Below the pieces are notes generated by a model. That model was not told where the DNA came from, ran no database searches, and saw nothing but the letters and a program-made list of their open reading frames with translations. The position numbers and the translations under genes were made by a program. 64,000 nt of DNA from Trichoplax adhaerens. Taxonomy: Eukaryota; Animalia; Placozoa. This document shows, piece by piece, positions 11,976 through 27,100 of this stretch. Each line of letters opens with the position of its first letter. Position 1 is the first letter of the stretch. The DNA is taken from assembly GCF_000150275.1 (NCBI RefSeq), contig NW_002060946.1, positions 6,540,936-6,604,935 on the forward strand, in the 5' to 3' direction.

Positions 11976-14900
11976 TCAATTTGAGCCGATATAAAACGGC
12001 AATCGATCAGGAAATACTTGGTTATAGCCACTATGATTGCCAATTACTGTACAGTACAGTGATTTAATAATTATAAATCGTACAGTCGTAATGACCATCG
12101 ATTCCATACGATATAGTGCGTTTATATACTAGTTTTATATGATGATTTATAATTAGGATAACCTAATTACGAAAATTTGTATCAAAGCTGGAATAATTAT
12201 GTACAGGATAGACCAGTACTATACAAGTTCTGAAATAATTTGTATGCTGTTGGCCAAATGTAAAATTTTTTATCAATTATTAATCAAACTATTATGGACA
12301 CTTAATGCAGTGTATGTACATATCGCAACTGGCTAAAAAGAAGTAATTTACTACATACCTGCATAACCAAGGAAATAAGGAATATTATCTTACAACATGT
12401 TTTAATATATTGATAGTGTTTTTAAATTATGATGTATTACAAAGACACTTTATATATATCTACGATGTAGGTATAATCGACGAAAGTGTATATAAATGAA
12501 TGGCTGGAATGCTACAGCTATTTCGGTTCATCCTGTTTTCGTTAATACGAAGGATAAGCATTCTTTTTTACATGTGCATATATCATTACCAATTAAAAAC
12601 ATACTTGTTGTACGGTATAAATGGTGTCGTTGTGTTGTATCAGGATCGGAACTTAGCCCTATTTCTGTTAGAGAAATGATCGTAGAACTAGTTGCACAGA
12701 TATTTTGGATGAACCTTCTAACCTGTTCAATACGCTATTCTAATTCTTCTAAAAACCAATCAACGTCCTGATAGGTAATTACTATGCCGCGGAACTGCGC
12801 ACCATTTAGTAAAGTGATACCATAATTAATCAAAGGTAACAGACATTCATTTTCTATATGGCTTTCATCGCTACTTATAAAGCAGGCCTGAACTTACTAT
12901 TATCAAAACAAATTTAAACAGAGTGAAGCAGTATGCCCGATGTTTTAGGTTGTCTATACGTTACTATAATTGTAAAAATTGCTTGTGCACAGTAATCGAG
13001 TAATATCATATATTATTTCCTAATTACAGCAATTATTCGCACGTACATTATTATACTAAATATCACTAATTAATTATTCTGCATAGATCGAGTATGTAAG
13101 CAGAATAGACACAACTTCTTTTTATGCAAATTATTCAATGTCAATGTTGCACCATGTGCAGATAGTTACATTATTCAACTCTCTAATCACAATTCGTAAA
13201 ACTACTACGTGCAACCTGAACATCAACTAAATCGCATACGTGTACACTGATTTCATCTATAAATGAAAAGTGTGATGGTGGATCTGTAAATAATTAGTTT
13301 TAGTTAGTGTCAGACAGCCAACATCAAGAAGGGTAAAGAAAGCGTTTCAATTTTATTGATAAATATATTTGACAAGCTACAGATTTGGCGCCTTGATTAT
13401 TTTAATTCCAGACTAAAAAATCGTCTTCTTCAGTAGCAAAGGCAATAAATAAGAACTCAATCACCAATCAATTGTGCTAATTCTAATAAATAACATTTGT
13501 TATATAATACCTTATAAATATAAAAGCTTAACCCTAATAATACTATTACTAATATTTTAAGTTTCATTCAGTAAACATATTATCAACAAACATAGCTATC
13601 AATATAAAATAGATGGTGGGTAATTTAAGATGCAAATTTTTTTAGCACCTTTGATTCTTAAAATGTGGTGTGCCTCTGTAACCCATCGTAGATCATATAT
13701 GATCAATATAATTCCGCTGTAATTAATCCTTCTATCGTAGGTTGCATCATAATATTAGATATTGCTGCAAAGTCCACATTTCTAAGAAATGCCGTTTATA
13801 CCAGAGCCTGCGTCTATTAGTTATTATCCATAACGGAAATAAAGTATGGAATCCCCGCATCTAACCGTAACGCCAATGTTATTTTTTAGGAGCGCATAGT
13901 GTTAAAATTTTTTCTACAATAGACGAATCACGACGTATTTAGTTAATTACCATGTTAACATATGTCAATGAATATTTTTACATAAATAATATTTACCTAA
14001 ATCTTCATGGAAAAGCCTTCTATGCTTTAATAATCTATTGAAATTAAGACTAAATAGAATGAAAAGTACTTTTTTACAGCAATCCCTATCATTTATTAGT
14101 GAAGTATTACTCTCTCCTGATTTGGAAATACAAGGTTATTAAAATTTTGATCTTTATTTAACTTGACTTCATTTTTTTAATTCATCATTTCATCGGCAAT
14201 CAGACCAATTTAATCGGTATTTCTACCATCCGTAAGTATTGCATAATCATAAGGTAAATTGCAAGTCTTTCATTTTAGATACTCTTGGCGATAATACTGT
14301 ACTTAATAGCTCATCCTAGTTTGAATTAAACTATTTATTCAATTTTCTAAGTTAATTACTGAATTAATTGCCAGGTATGTTTTTTAACGTGCATGCACGA
14401 TCTTTCGTTTTCCTCCAAGCAAAGCAACTTTTTGCTAGAGCTGACAAAATCTGATAGTGTAAGATATTTGCACTTACATAATCACGTTAGCATCACAAGT
14501 TGGGTAATGAAATGTAAATTTCACGGTATCCAATTGCTCTGCATTAGAATTAAAATTTGCCTCTGAATTTCAACATTAATTTGATATCCCACACTTTGAT
14601 TAATTTCCAGTCGATTCTACCCCAATGAAGTTCCTTGAGGCCTAATTTCCTATTAATTTAAATATTCAGAACTGTTATAAATTGCCACCGCAGTTGAGTT
14701 TGAGTGATATGGTGGAGGAGAAAAAAATAAAATACTTTTAAGGGACATTTCAATGCTGCAGCATCGATTCCATTTCTTAAAGACCTATAGTAAGAATATT
14801 ATACCTTTTAATGTAGTTTCCCTGTTGCAAAAGATCCATACTGATGTAGAAACTATGGTATATCGTAATAGAAATAGTACAGTAAACTTCTTTTTCAAAA

Positions 14901-16061
14901 GCAATTAGTTTTACATGTCATAATACTAGGAAAATTTCAGCTAGATGGAGATTGTAGTCGACTGTCAGAATAAAAACCGCGATTCATCGGTTGGGAGTTC
15001 AAAATTTATTTTTGAAGAGGTTGGTGTAGGGTAGCTACAGCATCAATTTGTAAAGAAAGCCTGTTGGTAAATTTCTCATTAAAAATATTTCATTAAATTC
15101 ATACAAATACTATGGAAAATCTAATCCAGAAAATTACTTAACGAATAAAGTAGTGCATGAACTTGTTTTACAGGTAAAGTAGCAACTGTAAAATAATTCC
15201 AGATACCATTTTGGTAAAAGTAGCCAATTAAAACAATAAACCCTAATCTATTTTTTTAACAGACTTTCTGAGAAAAATCATAATGGTTAAATTCAAGCCA
15301 GTAATTATTAAATTATCTACATTATACAAGATAATCACAATCATCGTACCGCTGAATTCAAACATTTTCATTACCTTAGAATTTTTCGACCTGTTACATT
15401 AAAACGATAGGATTCCTTATAGGAACGCTCATGGATTAATAACTTATTCATACGAGTAATAGCTGAAGATATTAACTTTCACTTCAAATCTATTTATTAT
15501 ATTAGAAACATTAAAAATAGCTAAATTTTCATTTGTTTATTTCAGTTATGACAACAAATAAAACCTGAAGAATACCCGTAATAACTTTAATCTTTCTAAC
15601 CAGCAGTAGATTTAGCTGCTCGTTTTAGCTCCACAAGTTTCCTTATCCAAACTTATAAGTTTAGTTTGCTGAAATTACTTTTTAAAAATTCATTTCAATC
15701 CATTACTAGATACTAGCCCACCTGATTAGATATGCTAGTGTTAAATTTTACAAATTCAGGATTGTACGTATAAAATTTTAATGAAGGAAATCGTAATTTT
15801 CTAAAATTATTATATTTCGCTATATTAGAACTCAATCAGCTAATATGCCTGCATGATATTTAAAGTGAAAAGAAACTTGCATTACTCTTATACTGTAGAT
15901 GGTAAAATAAACTATCAAGCCAATAAAATCACAGAAAAAAGTCTAATACCAGAGCGAATGATTCCAGTATTAGAATTTCCATTTAATTGTTTGATCACTA
16001 GGAGCTATTGAAATATCTTGGACAACGGGTGATTTACTGAGCTTGCAAACAGCTTGCAACG

Positions 16062-16508
16062 ATGGTAAGACTGAATCCTTGTCTTGTAATCATTGCCTTA
16101 CTGTTGGTATCTCATAGCGCTAGTATCATTTGCCAAAATGATGATGACGATGATAGCAAGGAAAGAAAATTATACTGCTTACCTGAAGTCTTTGAATTTT
16201 TCATTAATAATTGCCCGACATCAAGGCGGAAACGATTTATTATAGGTAAGAGGAGCATTTAACATAAACAGTTACAGTGCTTTCATCTATTTTGCAACTC
16301 CTTGCTGCCATTCTAAAGCCCGGACCAATAGTTATTAGTTCTTTCAGAATTGATCATTTACTATTATTTGTTTATTATTCTAGATTCCAAATCCTCAACC
16401 AGTACTCACAAACAACATGATGTTTTGATGCGAACACTTCGAGACGCGAACCATGATTGTTGTAATCCTCCTGGTTGTACCCGAGATGAAATTTTAGCTT
16501 ATTGCTAA
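16062..16508 (+). CDS. Insulin-like prepropeptide, 102 aa; exons 16062-16245 and 16384-16508
   Basis: Signal peptide; B chain C-x11-C (YCLPEVFEFFINNCP); RRKR furin site; phase-1 intron in the C-peptide; A chain after RTLR: DANHDCCNPPGCTRDEILAYC* (CC-x4-C-x8-C). Confidence 0.9.
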
Positions 16509-19500
16509 GTTTTTATAAATGTCATCGATCTCGGACCTGTGAAATCTCCCAACAAGTTTACCCAACGCAAATGTTTTGCTACTAATCACTTCCAAATAAC
16601 AGTTTCTAACTAACTATGTTAGGTAATTATTTTTAGCTCTTAGGAAGTAACTATTCTACGATTAATATGCGGTTTTATTAACGATATAACATATTCGGTA
16701 TTTCATAACAAGACACTAGAAGTGTAGTATATAAACTTCTACTATTTGTACTTGCATGACCCTTTTAAATTCTGAAATTGAAGTTGATAACAAAAATATG
16801 AGTGATTAGTAAACCGGATAATAATTCTACTGCATTTCTGATTATAATATAATCTACTTATTCCTAATCCCAATAACGGCATTGGGCTCTTATATGATTC
16901 TCCAACGTACTAGTTTACTAATTCTTTCCTTTTCACTCTTTACTAACAATAACCGTTAGAATTCTTGTAACTCACCTAAATTTATTTCAAATTGATATCT
17001 TAAAATAAAAAATGATAGCACTTTAATATTTCTAATCTCAATCGTACTTAATGTGGAAAAGATGACATACCAAGGTTCTAACAAACTTGAATAAAATTGG
17101 TTTCAAATGACATCAAAAGGCTCTACTATTACGTTGACAAGATCGCTTTGCAATAATTTCAACGCTCTAAAGATCAACAATTTTCGTAATCAAATCCAAG
17201 CCGCAGCTAAACTGTAACTTGCTAGTGCATGTTATATACGTATATGTGGAGTATATATTCTATTATTTGCATTTGCATCACCAAATTTCAAAGAAAATTC
17301 GGGAATTGCAGGAACAGAAAATGTCAGGCAAATTATCAGGTTCATTTTATTATTCAGCTATTTAGTATCTGCAACTATCCAAAATTATAGTTACGCCTTC
17401 ATAGTTATTTCACACTTCTTATCATATTTATGATTACGCTTCTGCCTATAATTAAAAACTGTAGGGAAAATATGGATAAAATAATTGTTATTTCTGTTTA
17501 ATTAGAAGATACTGATGATATTGCATTGGAATGCGGAATAAACAGGAAGTCATTCGTTAGTAAATTGATTTTATAGATTATGACACATGATCTTTCATCC
17601 TTCAACGCTTGTGACTAACAGAGCAGATGCAAACTCCAAATACACATTAAGAAATGATATTTAATACCAAGTTTACAAATGCTAGCAATATTGTCGTAGC
17701 TCAAAATCTAACATGCGTTGTCAGTCAGTATCATAAAGGTTATAGGTGAGTATTAGGAACTTGATCTCTACTATTAAAAACTGTTAATGTTTGCAAAAAG
17801 GTCATGTAAGGATTACTTATTCATCAAATGTAGAATTTGATTAAGATATTATTACAGAAGATCTGTACTACTGCGATATTATTCATTACATACAGTAGTA
17901 AAAACAATATTGTGTTGAAGATAATTAGAACGGTATATGATGAAGAAACGAATTAATTTTAACAATTAATTAACAAAATTACTATCTGTGATTATTTTAC
18001 CGTAAGAGACACGAAAGAAGGCATTTTAATGCTGATAGTATAAATTAATAGTAAAAATTCTAGAATACGTAGGTAATGTCCAACTGATACTATAGACTAT
18101 ATGAAATTACTTAGTAAAAGATTTTGACTCAATATAATACACGTCATGGGATGACAATCTTATACCATCCAACAGCCACGATTTCCTGCTGATTTCTTAA
18201 AGTACCCCGATGCTATAGTTACGTAAAATTATTAACAAGTTATAATTATTTTATTTTATTTACGTTAAATAGTACAAACATGACTCAAATCATATCCACT
18301 GTAATAATATCTTCTTTAAGTAGCGTAAGTATTTTAAGGTAGACGATGATAGAAGGTATAAAGGATTTTATTGAGATACAAGTTACAGGCTAACAATGAT
18401 ATGGTTGTTATAGATAAGGTATTTGAGATAGCAGGAACGTAGGAACTGACTAACGAGTTAGCGTACAAGGGTATTTATAGGTTTTAGATGGGGTTGAGAT
18501 AATGTCTTTATATGTATAGCATGTTGTCTATATGTGGTCATGATGTCGTACATTATGAATATAATACAATACAGTACTTAAACGGTATATTATAAGTATT
18601 CGTATATTAGGATATTACTATACTAGGCATCTTCTATATAAGATCATAATGTTATATCCACTACAGCCCAACACTACGAGTATTTCTATAGAATGTAACC
18701 ATGATCATAACAAACACTATTTTAAAAACAGAATCTACGCTAGGACTAAGGTTTGTTTAATTTTCATGCTTTCATTTATTGCTATGTTAATAAACATATC
18801 TGGAAATAATGGAATTCAGTTATAGAAGTAGTTATCGCGTAAGTGCAAAGTTTGCTAAACTTACCCCTTCTCTAGCAGGGCTAAACATGTTTAAGTAAGC
18901 AATACCAATTAATTAATCTTGAAAATCTTCATGAACATTAAAAAGTGGACAGTATAACAATATTTCTAGCCAATTAGCAACCAATTACATGTCGTAAACC
19001 AAACTTAAAACTCTGCAGTTTTATCAAAAATTACGAATTCAGCAAGAGTAGTTACTATACACTATATCATACGCGGTATAATTTACTAGTGATGAGGGTG
19101 TATGAAAATTTGTCTTAGGTTTACTTTAAAACTAAAGCTCCAGTTCCTAGATTCGATATTTTAGGTTACTCATCAGCCGATTTAGTAACATCAAGTATAA
19201 TATAAAATGAACAATCAATATATTCAAATTGAATATGGTAATCAGCATATCCTAGATTCGAAATTTTAAGTTGTACAGAAACCGTTTCAATAACATAAAA
19301 TAGAATGAAAGGTCTTATTCTACCACAGGATATAACATTGTTCAGTAATTATTAAGACATGGCATTAACTGGCAAAGTATTAAAACAACTATAACGTAGT
19401 TACGATGCATTGCAATTTTAATCTAATGTTATACAAGCTGTAACATATTAAAGAAATACATAGAATTAATAGAAAGCCACTGTGCCATTAATTAAAACTA

Positions 19501-21171
19501 AAAGTATGGCACATAACCAAGCTTAGAAACCTTATTTAGATCAGTAGTAAATCAATCAAAGAGCTTTCTTAGCACTAGTCGATTCGATTTCATGTTCCAT
19601 TTCCTTGCAGCGTGAGATGAGATTAAAATTATAGCTATGCTATTATCTGTAAGGACTTTGGAGTTGACAAATAAATGATATCACGGTTTGTATATCAGGA
19701 TAGAACACTATAAGGCCATGGCCTACAGTAGTCTACTACATCAGTAAGGACTTAGCTAGGCATAGTTATATAGTATGGAAAGATACTAATGTTGACAGAG
19801 AACTATCATATGGAACCTTTATATTATGACAGAATTTGACAATGCCATTACCCACGCTTATATATTTTAAGTACTAGATTACGGAGTTGCAGGACAGTTG
19901 GAAAGATGGTAGTTTTGGAAAGGTTGGCAAGTAGCTTAATAGAGGTTAGCAGATTAAAGTCAACAGGCATAGAGGTAGAAAAGCCCCTGTGTCAGTAATT
20001 CAGTAGTATTTAGGAGCTTACCTACAATGGATTATCGTCATTTGTGAGAACTTTAACATGAGTCCTTCAAAGCTGAGCAGTCAAGAGTGAAGTATATCAA
20101 GCAGAATTAGAACAGAAGTCATATTGGGACATAGAAACTATTTACTATATACCAGACTTAATTTCCGTTAATGTTAAAACGACGGTAATCTCAATATGGA
20201 AATAACGCCTTATCAAAGCATTTTGATCTTTCTTGTATACATTGGGAATGAATTGACTTGTTACTTCAGCACAAATCTCTACAATTTAAACTTTTGAAAT
20301 CAATCGTTCGATCTACCTTAGATCAAATCGACTGAAATCTTTAATAATAATTTAATAGTAAACTTTCAAGTATACTCGATTGGATCGATCGATCTTCTAT
20401 TTTCTTATTAACCCAAGATAGATAGCAATCTCCATTTTTTCTTTTCCATCACGCCCAGTATATAATGATCATGGAAACGATGACGCCATTATATTGCTAT
20501 GAAATTCCTTCTCTAAATCACACCCAAGGGTAGTGGCTACGACGTAGGTGATCGTTGTTTTTGCTCTAAGTTGCTTACACTAAACTTTGTCTCATTCTAA
20601 TTATAGCTATTCAATGTGACAGTCGGATATCATTTAACACAATTTTTTCTAATTGTAACAGTTACAATAACATGAATGATACATGAATAAATCAATGGTG
20701 CCATCATTAAACAGTAGAATTATTTTGATTATTAATTAGTTAACGATTGTTAGCAAAACTATTGTTGGATCTTCATCACGATATGTCTTCTAAATAAAAC
20801 AGTAGTATGCGATTGCTTTTATCATTGCAGTGCCTATTCTACACTATAGATATGCTTTTCAACCATAAATAGAACATGAGTTACTCATTTGATGAAATAG
20901 AATCTCCATACACCAAGCGTTACGAGTTAGTTTTCTTTATTTATTTTGCACAGACTAGTATGATTTGTTAGATTCTCTTCTTGTGCGTAATCATGTTATG
21001 ATTTAGGAGAATTTGATTAACTTATTCCTAGAACGCAATTCATCCTAAATGGTTGTTTAAAAGAATTTTGGATAACAACGCATTATCACCTTTCTATTAG
21101 GGCTTAGTTGGATTGCTTTTATTGACTCCTACTACTTAACCGTAGTAATTCGAAAAAAATTATTAATCGTT

Positions 21172-24100
21172 ATGGCTATCAAAAATCTAAATTATTTTTA
21201 TTCCTTCCTCTTGTTGATGTTATTCTTGGTAAGTTAAAAATTCATCTCATTCTAATCATATAAGACTAGATCAACTTTAATTTATCAAATATTTAGTAAT
21301 CATAAGAAACTATCAACAATATCTGTGATTTTAGTAAAATCATCATAATAATTTTTTTAAATGATCCTATGATATGGACTAAGGTTTTATCCATTTTATT
21401 TTCTTCTCGGATTGAACTTACTCCTCTAGTCTTCTCATCATCGAGTTAATGGTATGAATATTTAATCCTTAATCTATCTTTAATAACTCTTTCATACGAT
21501 AATTATCCTTACTTAATTCTTGCTGTAATCGCAAAATCATTCCGCTATAGGGTCATAATGATTTTAATTAAAAACGATTTATAAGGCATTACCATGAAAT
21601 TAGTTATTCTAAATTGAACTCGATTCTGTTTGTTTTTATACTTGTTATTCAATTCTTAACAAGGATTACTTTCATCAAATATTTATAGCTTGTCAGTAAT
21701 GCTGGCATTAAATATTCCAGCATAACTGGCTTCGAAGATAGTTAAAATAATGCATGATTTTTGGCTATGTATTAACTTAAAATCTCGATTGTTTTGTTGC
21801 GATTCAATTTTATAGGAGCAGATTTTTTTATGATATCTCCCATTGTAGCTGGTTTTATTCAGTCTCCACAATATCCAAATCCTTATCCTGCAGGGCTGGA
21901 ATGTATTTGGAGTTTAACAGCTTCACCGAACTTCACAGTTATAGCCAAAATTTATGATTTCGATGTCAAACCTCGTGTAGAAGGAATTTGTTCAGATTAT
22001 CTTCGATTCTCAGCCGGTGTAGAACCTTTATCACAAAATGTCTCCATTTATTGTGGACAAACTTATCCCAATTCAATCCATTTCAACACACGAAACTTGT
22101 ACGTTGAATTCTCTACTCCAATTGCAGTAAATGTTAGTGGTTATCATGGATTTCGACTGGGATATTCGTTATGTAAGATTTCATGCTTTTGCTAAGGTTT
22201 ACTTTTAGACTCACACTATAGAGAATAGGTATAGCACTAGCAGTGGCTATTAGGATAACATAATCTGAATTTATATCTTATAGATATCCAGAGTAGATTG
22301 GTCAACTTTTCGTATATAGAAAGCTCGAGCCCATTTCGAACTCTATCTCTAAATAATGCCAATGTACCAGCTTCTAGACGCTATCCAATTCAAATCACAT
22401 GCGGCTATACCGGAATGCCCGTCTTAACAGGCACTAATTTTACTTGGTTTAATAATAACCAACAGTTAGGCACGATATCTGCAAATTCATCCACTATTAC
22501 CTCAGTCGGAGGATTTACACTAAATTTAAATTCAGATAATGTATCGACGACACTAACGATATTCAAGGAAACTTCATTAAATGTCTACAGCAATTATAGA
22601 TGCAATATTACTACCGTAGCCCAAACAATTTCCATACAAGGTAATTTAATCAAGATATCAGACTATCAACTACAGGTTCTAGGAGAAAATAGTATTTTGG
22701 AAGGCCAGACGATGCAATTAGAATGTACGGTAATATATACCCTGGGTAATGCAAGTGGATGGGAAACATTTACGTGGCTTCTCGATAATTCTCCGTTAAC
22801 AAGTTAGCGCCATGTTATATAGTTATTATTAGATTGTATTAAATAAAAGTATTAAGCAATTTGAAGATAACTAATTATATCATGTCATAATTTTATCATA
22901 ATATAAATTTATAACTTACAGATCAAGAAGCCAACATTCAGATCATCAGTAATGCTACCATATCAACGCTGATCCTAGTCAATATAACTCAATCAACATT
23001 TAATACCAGCAAGCCCGTTTTCACTTGTTCTTACGATGGAGACAACGGCATAAAATCTCAAAATCATACGGTAGAAATTTTGCAAGCCCCTGCGGCCCCT
23101 AAAACTTTGGATCTATTGGAAACTCTACTTCCATTTCAGACCGTTATTCCTTCGGGTGTAGTGGAAACATCTAATGGTCCATGGCAAACTCTAATTTTAA
23201 TTCAGTCTAGTGCTTCATCGAAAATGGCAGATACACTAGTATCTGAAGCTCCACTTGCATCGCCAACTATAGTTCCAGTCCAATCTATCGATCAATCACA
23301 AATTTCTAAATCATTGGTCGTTCCAATTCGACCGATCATTCCATCGGAAGTCGAACCGGAATTTCCAATTCGACCGATCATTCCATCGGAAATCGAACCG
23401 GAATTTCCATTTCCAACTATCATTCGATCGGAAACTGCGCCGCCATCACAAGCTTCAGTACCAGTAATACCTGCAAGTCGGAATCCTTCTCAGACTCCTG
23501 TTCTATCAGAGTCTACAAAGCCATCTGAAGTTCTATCGGAAACTTTAACTCCATTTCCAACAATTAGTCCATCCCAGGTTATTTTACCATCTGAAACCAA
23601 ACTTTCAATAGAAAGTATATCTATAACTACGGCTCCATCCGAGCCTTTGGTCCCACCTGGAACCTTTGTACCATCTCAGGCCCTTCTTTCATCGCAAACT
23701 CCATTTCTTTCTGAGATTCTGCTACCTTCTATAACGCTGTCACGGTCGGAAAATTCGGTCTTTTCTGAGACTCTAATTCCATCTCAAACGGTATCCTCTC
23801 CGGAAGGATTAGTTTCTTCTAAAAATTTATTTCCTTCCGAAACAATTATTCTATCCAGTGCCTTTGCTTTATCTCAAAGTTCAGTTTTATCCGCATCGTC
23901 AGCAAAATCTCGAACTACAGCTTTATCCCAATCTTCCACTTCGACTCAAAGCCTAGTTTCTTCTCTGTCCTCAACTTCCTCTCGATCTTCAATATCATCA
24001 ACTATTACAACTTCATCGCGATATTCCAATACGTTGCAGTCTATATTACCTTCCGAAGGTTCAGTTGCATCTCAATTATTAGTCTCATCAAATGCAGTAG

Positions 24101-27100
24101 ATCAACTTCAAACTTTATCTCAAACTCCGGTTGTATTTCCGTCTCCAATTCCATCCCAAGTTCCAGTAACATCTCAAGCTGCACCTCCATCTCCAACTTC
24201 AGTTCTATCTTTGCTTACGATTCCATCTCAAGTTCCAGCTACATCTCCAGCTGCTCCTTCATCTCAAACTCCAACTGTATCTATATCTTTGACTCCATCT
24301 CAAATTCCGATTACACCTCCTGTTCCATCTCCATCTCTGGCACCAGCACCATCTAGTAATAGGACATGCCCAAGTGAATTAGCAAATGGATACCTTTGGC
24401 CAGAAACATCTATTGGTATGGTGGCATTGGTTTCATGCCAACAATCTACCATCGGTTTGTATCTAAATTTCATCAACATCACCACAAAAATTATTTCCGT
24501 ACAAGTATATAAGGATTTAACACTTACTTCTCTATGCAGTAATATCTTTACGGATTTAAAAATTACTTAAGTCTTATGAAATAGTATATATTCCCTTCAT
24601 ATTAGAAAGCAAAATCATTACTATCTTAGTAACTTTGAGTCCCGAATTGATACTCCAGCTGTAGTCCGCATAAGCATATTATTCTTTTCATCACATAAAT
24701 CCAAATTTAAATGATCCTGTACGATTTCAGTAGTTTGTAATAGATCTATTCGAGTTGTTTGTGTAGTTTGAAATTAATTTAGCTTAAGCGTGTCATTTAC
24801 AGTACTTCCAGATGCAATATTCTTCTCTAATCTTATAGCAGTGGTGACTTTAATATCTTATTGAACTAATATTGTATGGACTATTTCGGAAAATACCAGC
24901 TGAGCATCTTTTTTACGTTGAGGCTGAAAACAGTTCTAGACTCGGTATTCATTAATTAGTTCCCCAATTAAGAATTTGCACAAACAGATTATTCTTCTCA
25001 TCGTATAATTCCAAGATAAATAATCCTGTACGATATCAATAATTTATGATAGATCTATTTGAATTGTTTGATTAGTTTGAAAATCAATTTAGCTTTCTGG
25101 CATTAACATCACATACAGATCCTACATCCTTCTCTAATCTGATAGCAGATAAAAATTTAACATCTTGTTGAACTAATATTGTATGGACTATTTCAGGAAA
25201 CGCTAGCCGTGCATGCATTTTCGTTGAGGCTGAAAATAGGTCTAGATGGGATCAAGTATCTACTAATCAGTGCCCTAGTCAGAGCTTCATTTCTTTGCAA
25301 CAAGAGGTAGTGTACATCATTTCGATCTATGTGATTGATGTAATGGCATTAAAACGCTATCTTAAGTAGATAACAGTGTCTATTTTTTCTTTAAATCCCA
25401 AATTACACTTCAATAGGCATCATTATTAAACGATAGCAGTAATAACATAACCGACATATTAAGTAAATTACAAAATATCACTGAAACGCCAGCTAATAAA
25501 AGCCTAAGTGTTGGTGATATCTTGGTAGCGAATTCGATCTTGGATACAGTGGCTAACGTTAGCAAAAATCAAACAGTTTCTGTCAGGGATCTTTATGTAA
25601 GAATACGGAAAAAATGATATATCCTTATTTTGATATATTATTAGTCTTTTTAATGAATCTAGACCTTTGAATTGTGCGTTTTCCAGCGATTGAGGTCTTG
25701 TAAATAATCTTGTAAAATATTTTATTTGTAACTGGTAACAGGAATTTGTTCGGACAGGAAGCAATTTAATCGATTTAAAAAATCGAAATCAGTGGAATAT
25801 TATACAACAGGTAAAAGAATAATTGCTAAAGAATAAAATTTTGAAATTTTTCGTTGTAACAATTAAGTTTCTTTCCACTTGTAATTTAAAAACGACAATC
25901 ATTAAATCTCGTTAATATTACGCTGTTAACACTGTATTGCTTATTTATCATTTGCTCTTTATTCAAAGACGAGACCAGGAACAACAGAATTGAGTCGAAA
26001 CTTGGACCAATTTAGTAGCCAAGTCAGCGTTAATCCTAACCAAACCATAATTGTAGCAGCCAATAATATTGGTATATTTATAAGTGATTGATTTCCCCGA
26101 TTTATAGCATTTATTAATTCATCAGATCGTATATTTTACTAATTTTACTTGCAAATTTATCTACAAAGTATGCCAGTACTTGAGATACCATGAAATAGAA
26201 GTTATATATCAATAAGATATTTGTTTAAATTGTACTTCTTAAAAGAGTTAATTTATTATTTTTCATAGTTGCTATAAGCATTTCTATCTAAATAAGTTAT
26301 CTATCTCTTCTGGTATTAAGTACACTTATGGCATAGTATGTTTTATCTCTCCTAGTAATATAAAAAATTTAAACAAGACTAGTATATTGAATGACTGGCA
26401 ATCTCCAAGACCTGCTTGATAATATGAAATGCCTAAATGAATCATTATTATTTGTTATAGTCATGGAGGTTTATGGTTTTAGCCCACAACTGAACCGAAA
26501 TTATCAATTTCCCGATAGAGTTTTTAGTCTGGCTAATTCACCATCGAACGACATTATTTTCCAGACCAATAATTCACAGAATTGGTTAAGAGGCAATAAA
26601 ATCAAACTACCAGCCTCTACATTTCAAAGTATGATTTAGCTACATTGTACATTTTTAGGATAAAGTAATATTAATTATTTTACTACATGAATTGAACGGG
26701 ATTTCTTTATCATATAGGCTATAATACAAATATTAAGGTGGTCAGTTTCATGTACAGAACGTTAAGTGAGCTCTTGCCTGATGAGATTGATCAAAGTATA
26801 AGGTAAAATCTCCCTCTATTTCATTCGTCGTTTCTGTGTTTATTAACTAATTATTTACAGTCATATTCGATCAAATTCTATTCTATCATTATTTATTTAT
26901 CTTTAAACATTATTTCGTAGTGCATCTTCAAGAAATTGGATTCCGCAAACATTGGTAATTTCTACCTCTCTTTATCCGCCCCTTACCGCAGCATTATTAG
27001 AACCACTTGAATATATATTGGAAAAACTATCGAATGAAACGGTAGCTTTATTTGCGCCATTATTAAAATTATTTTAATTAAGTCGATTTGACACTGCTTA

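Noticed and set aside
12500-12840. Minus-strand FRGIVITYQDVDWFLEELE* resembling the C-terminus of group II PLP decarboxylases (GAD/CSAD)
   Set aside because: The similarity is short, in-frame stops follow and no upstream exons were found. It needs BLASTx and cannot be supported by eye.
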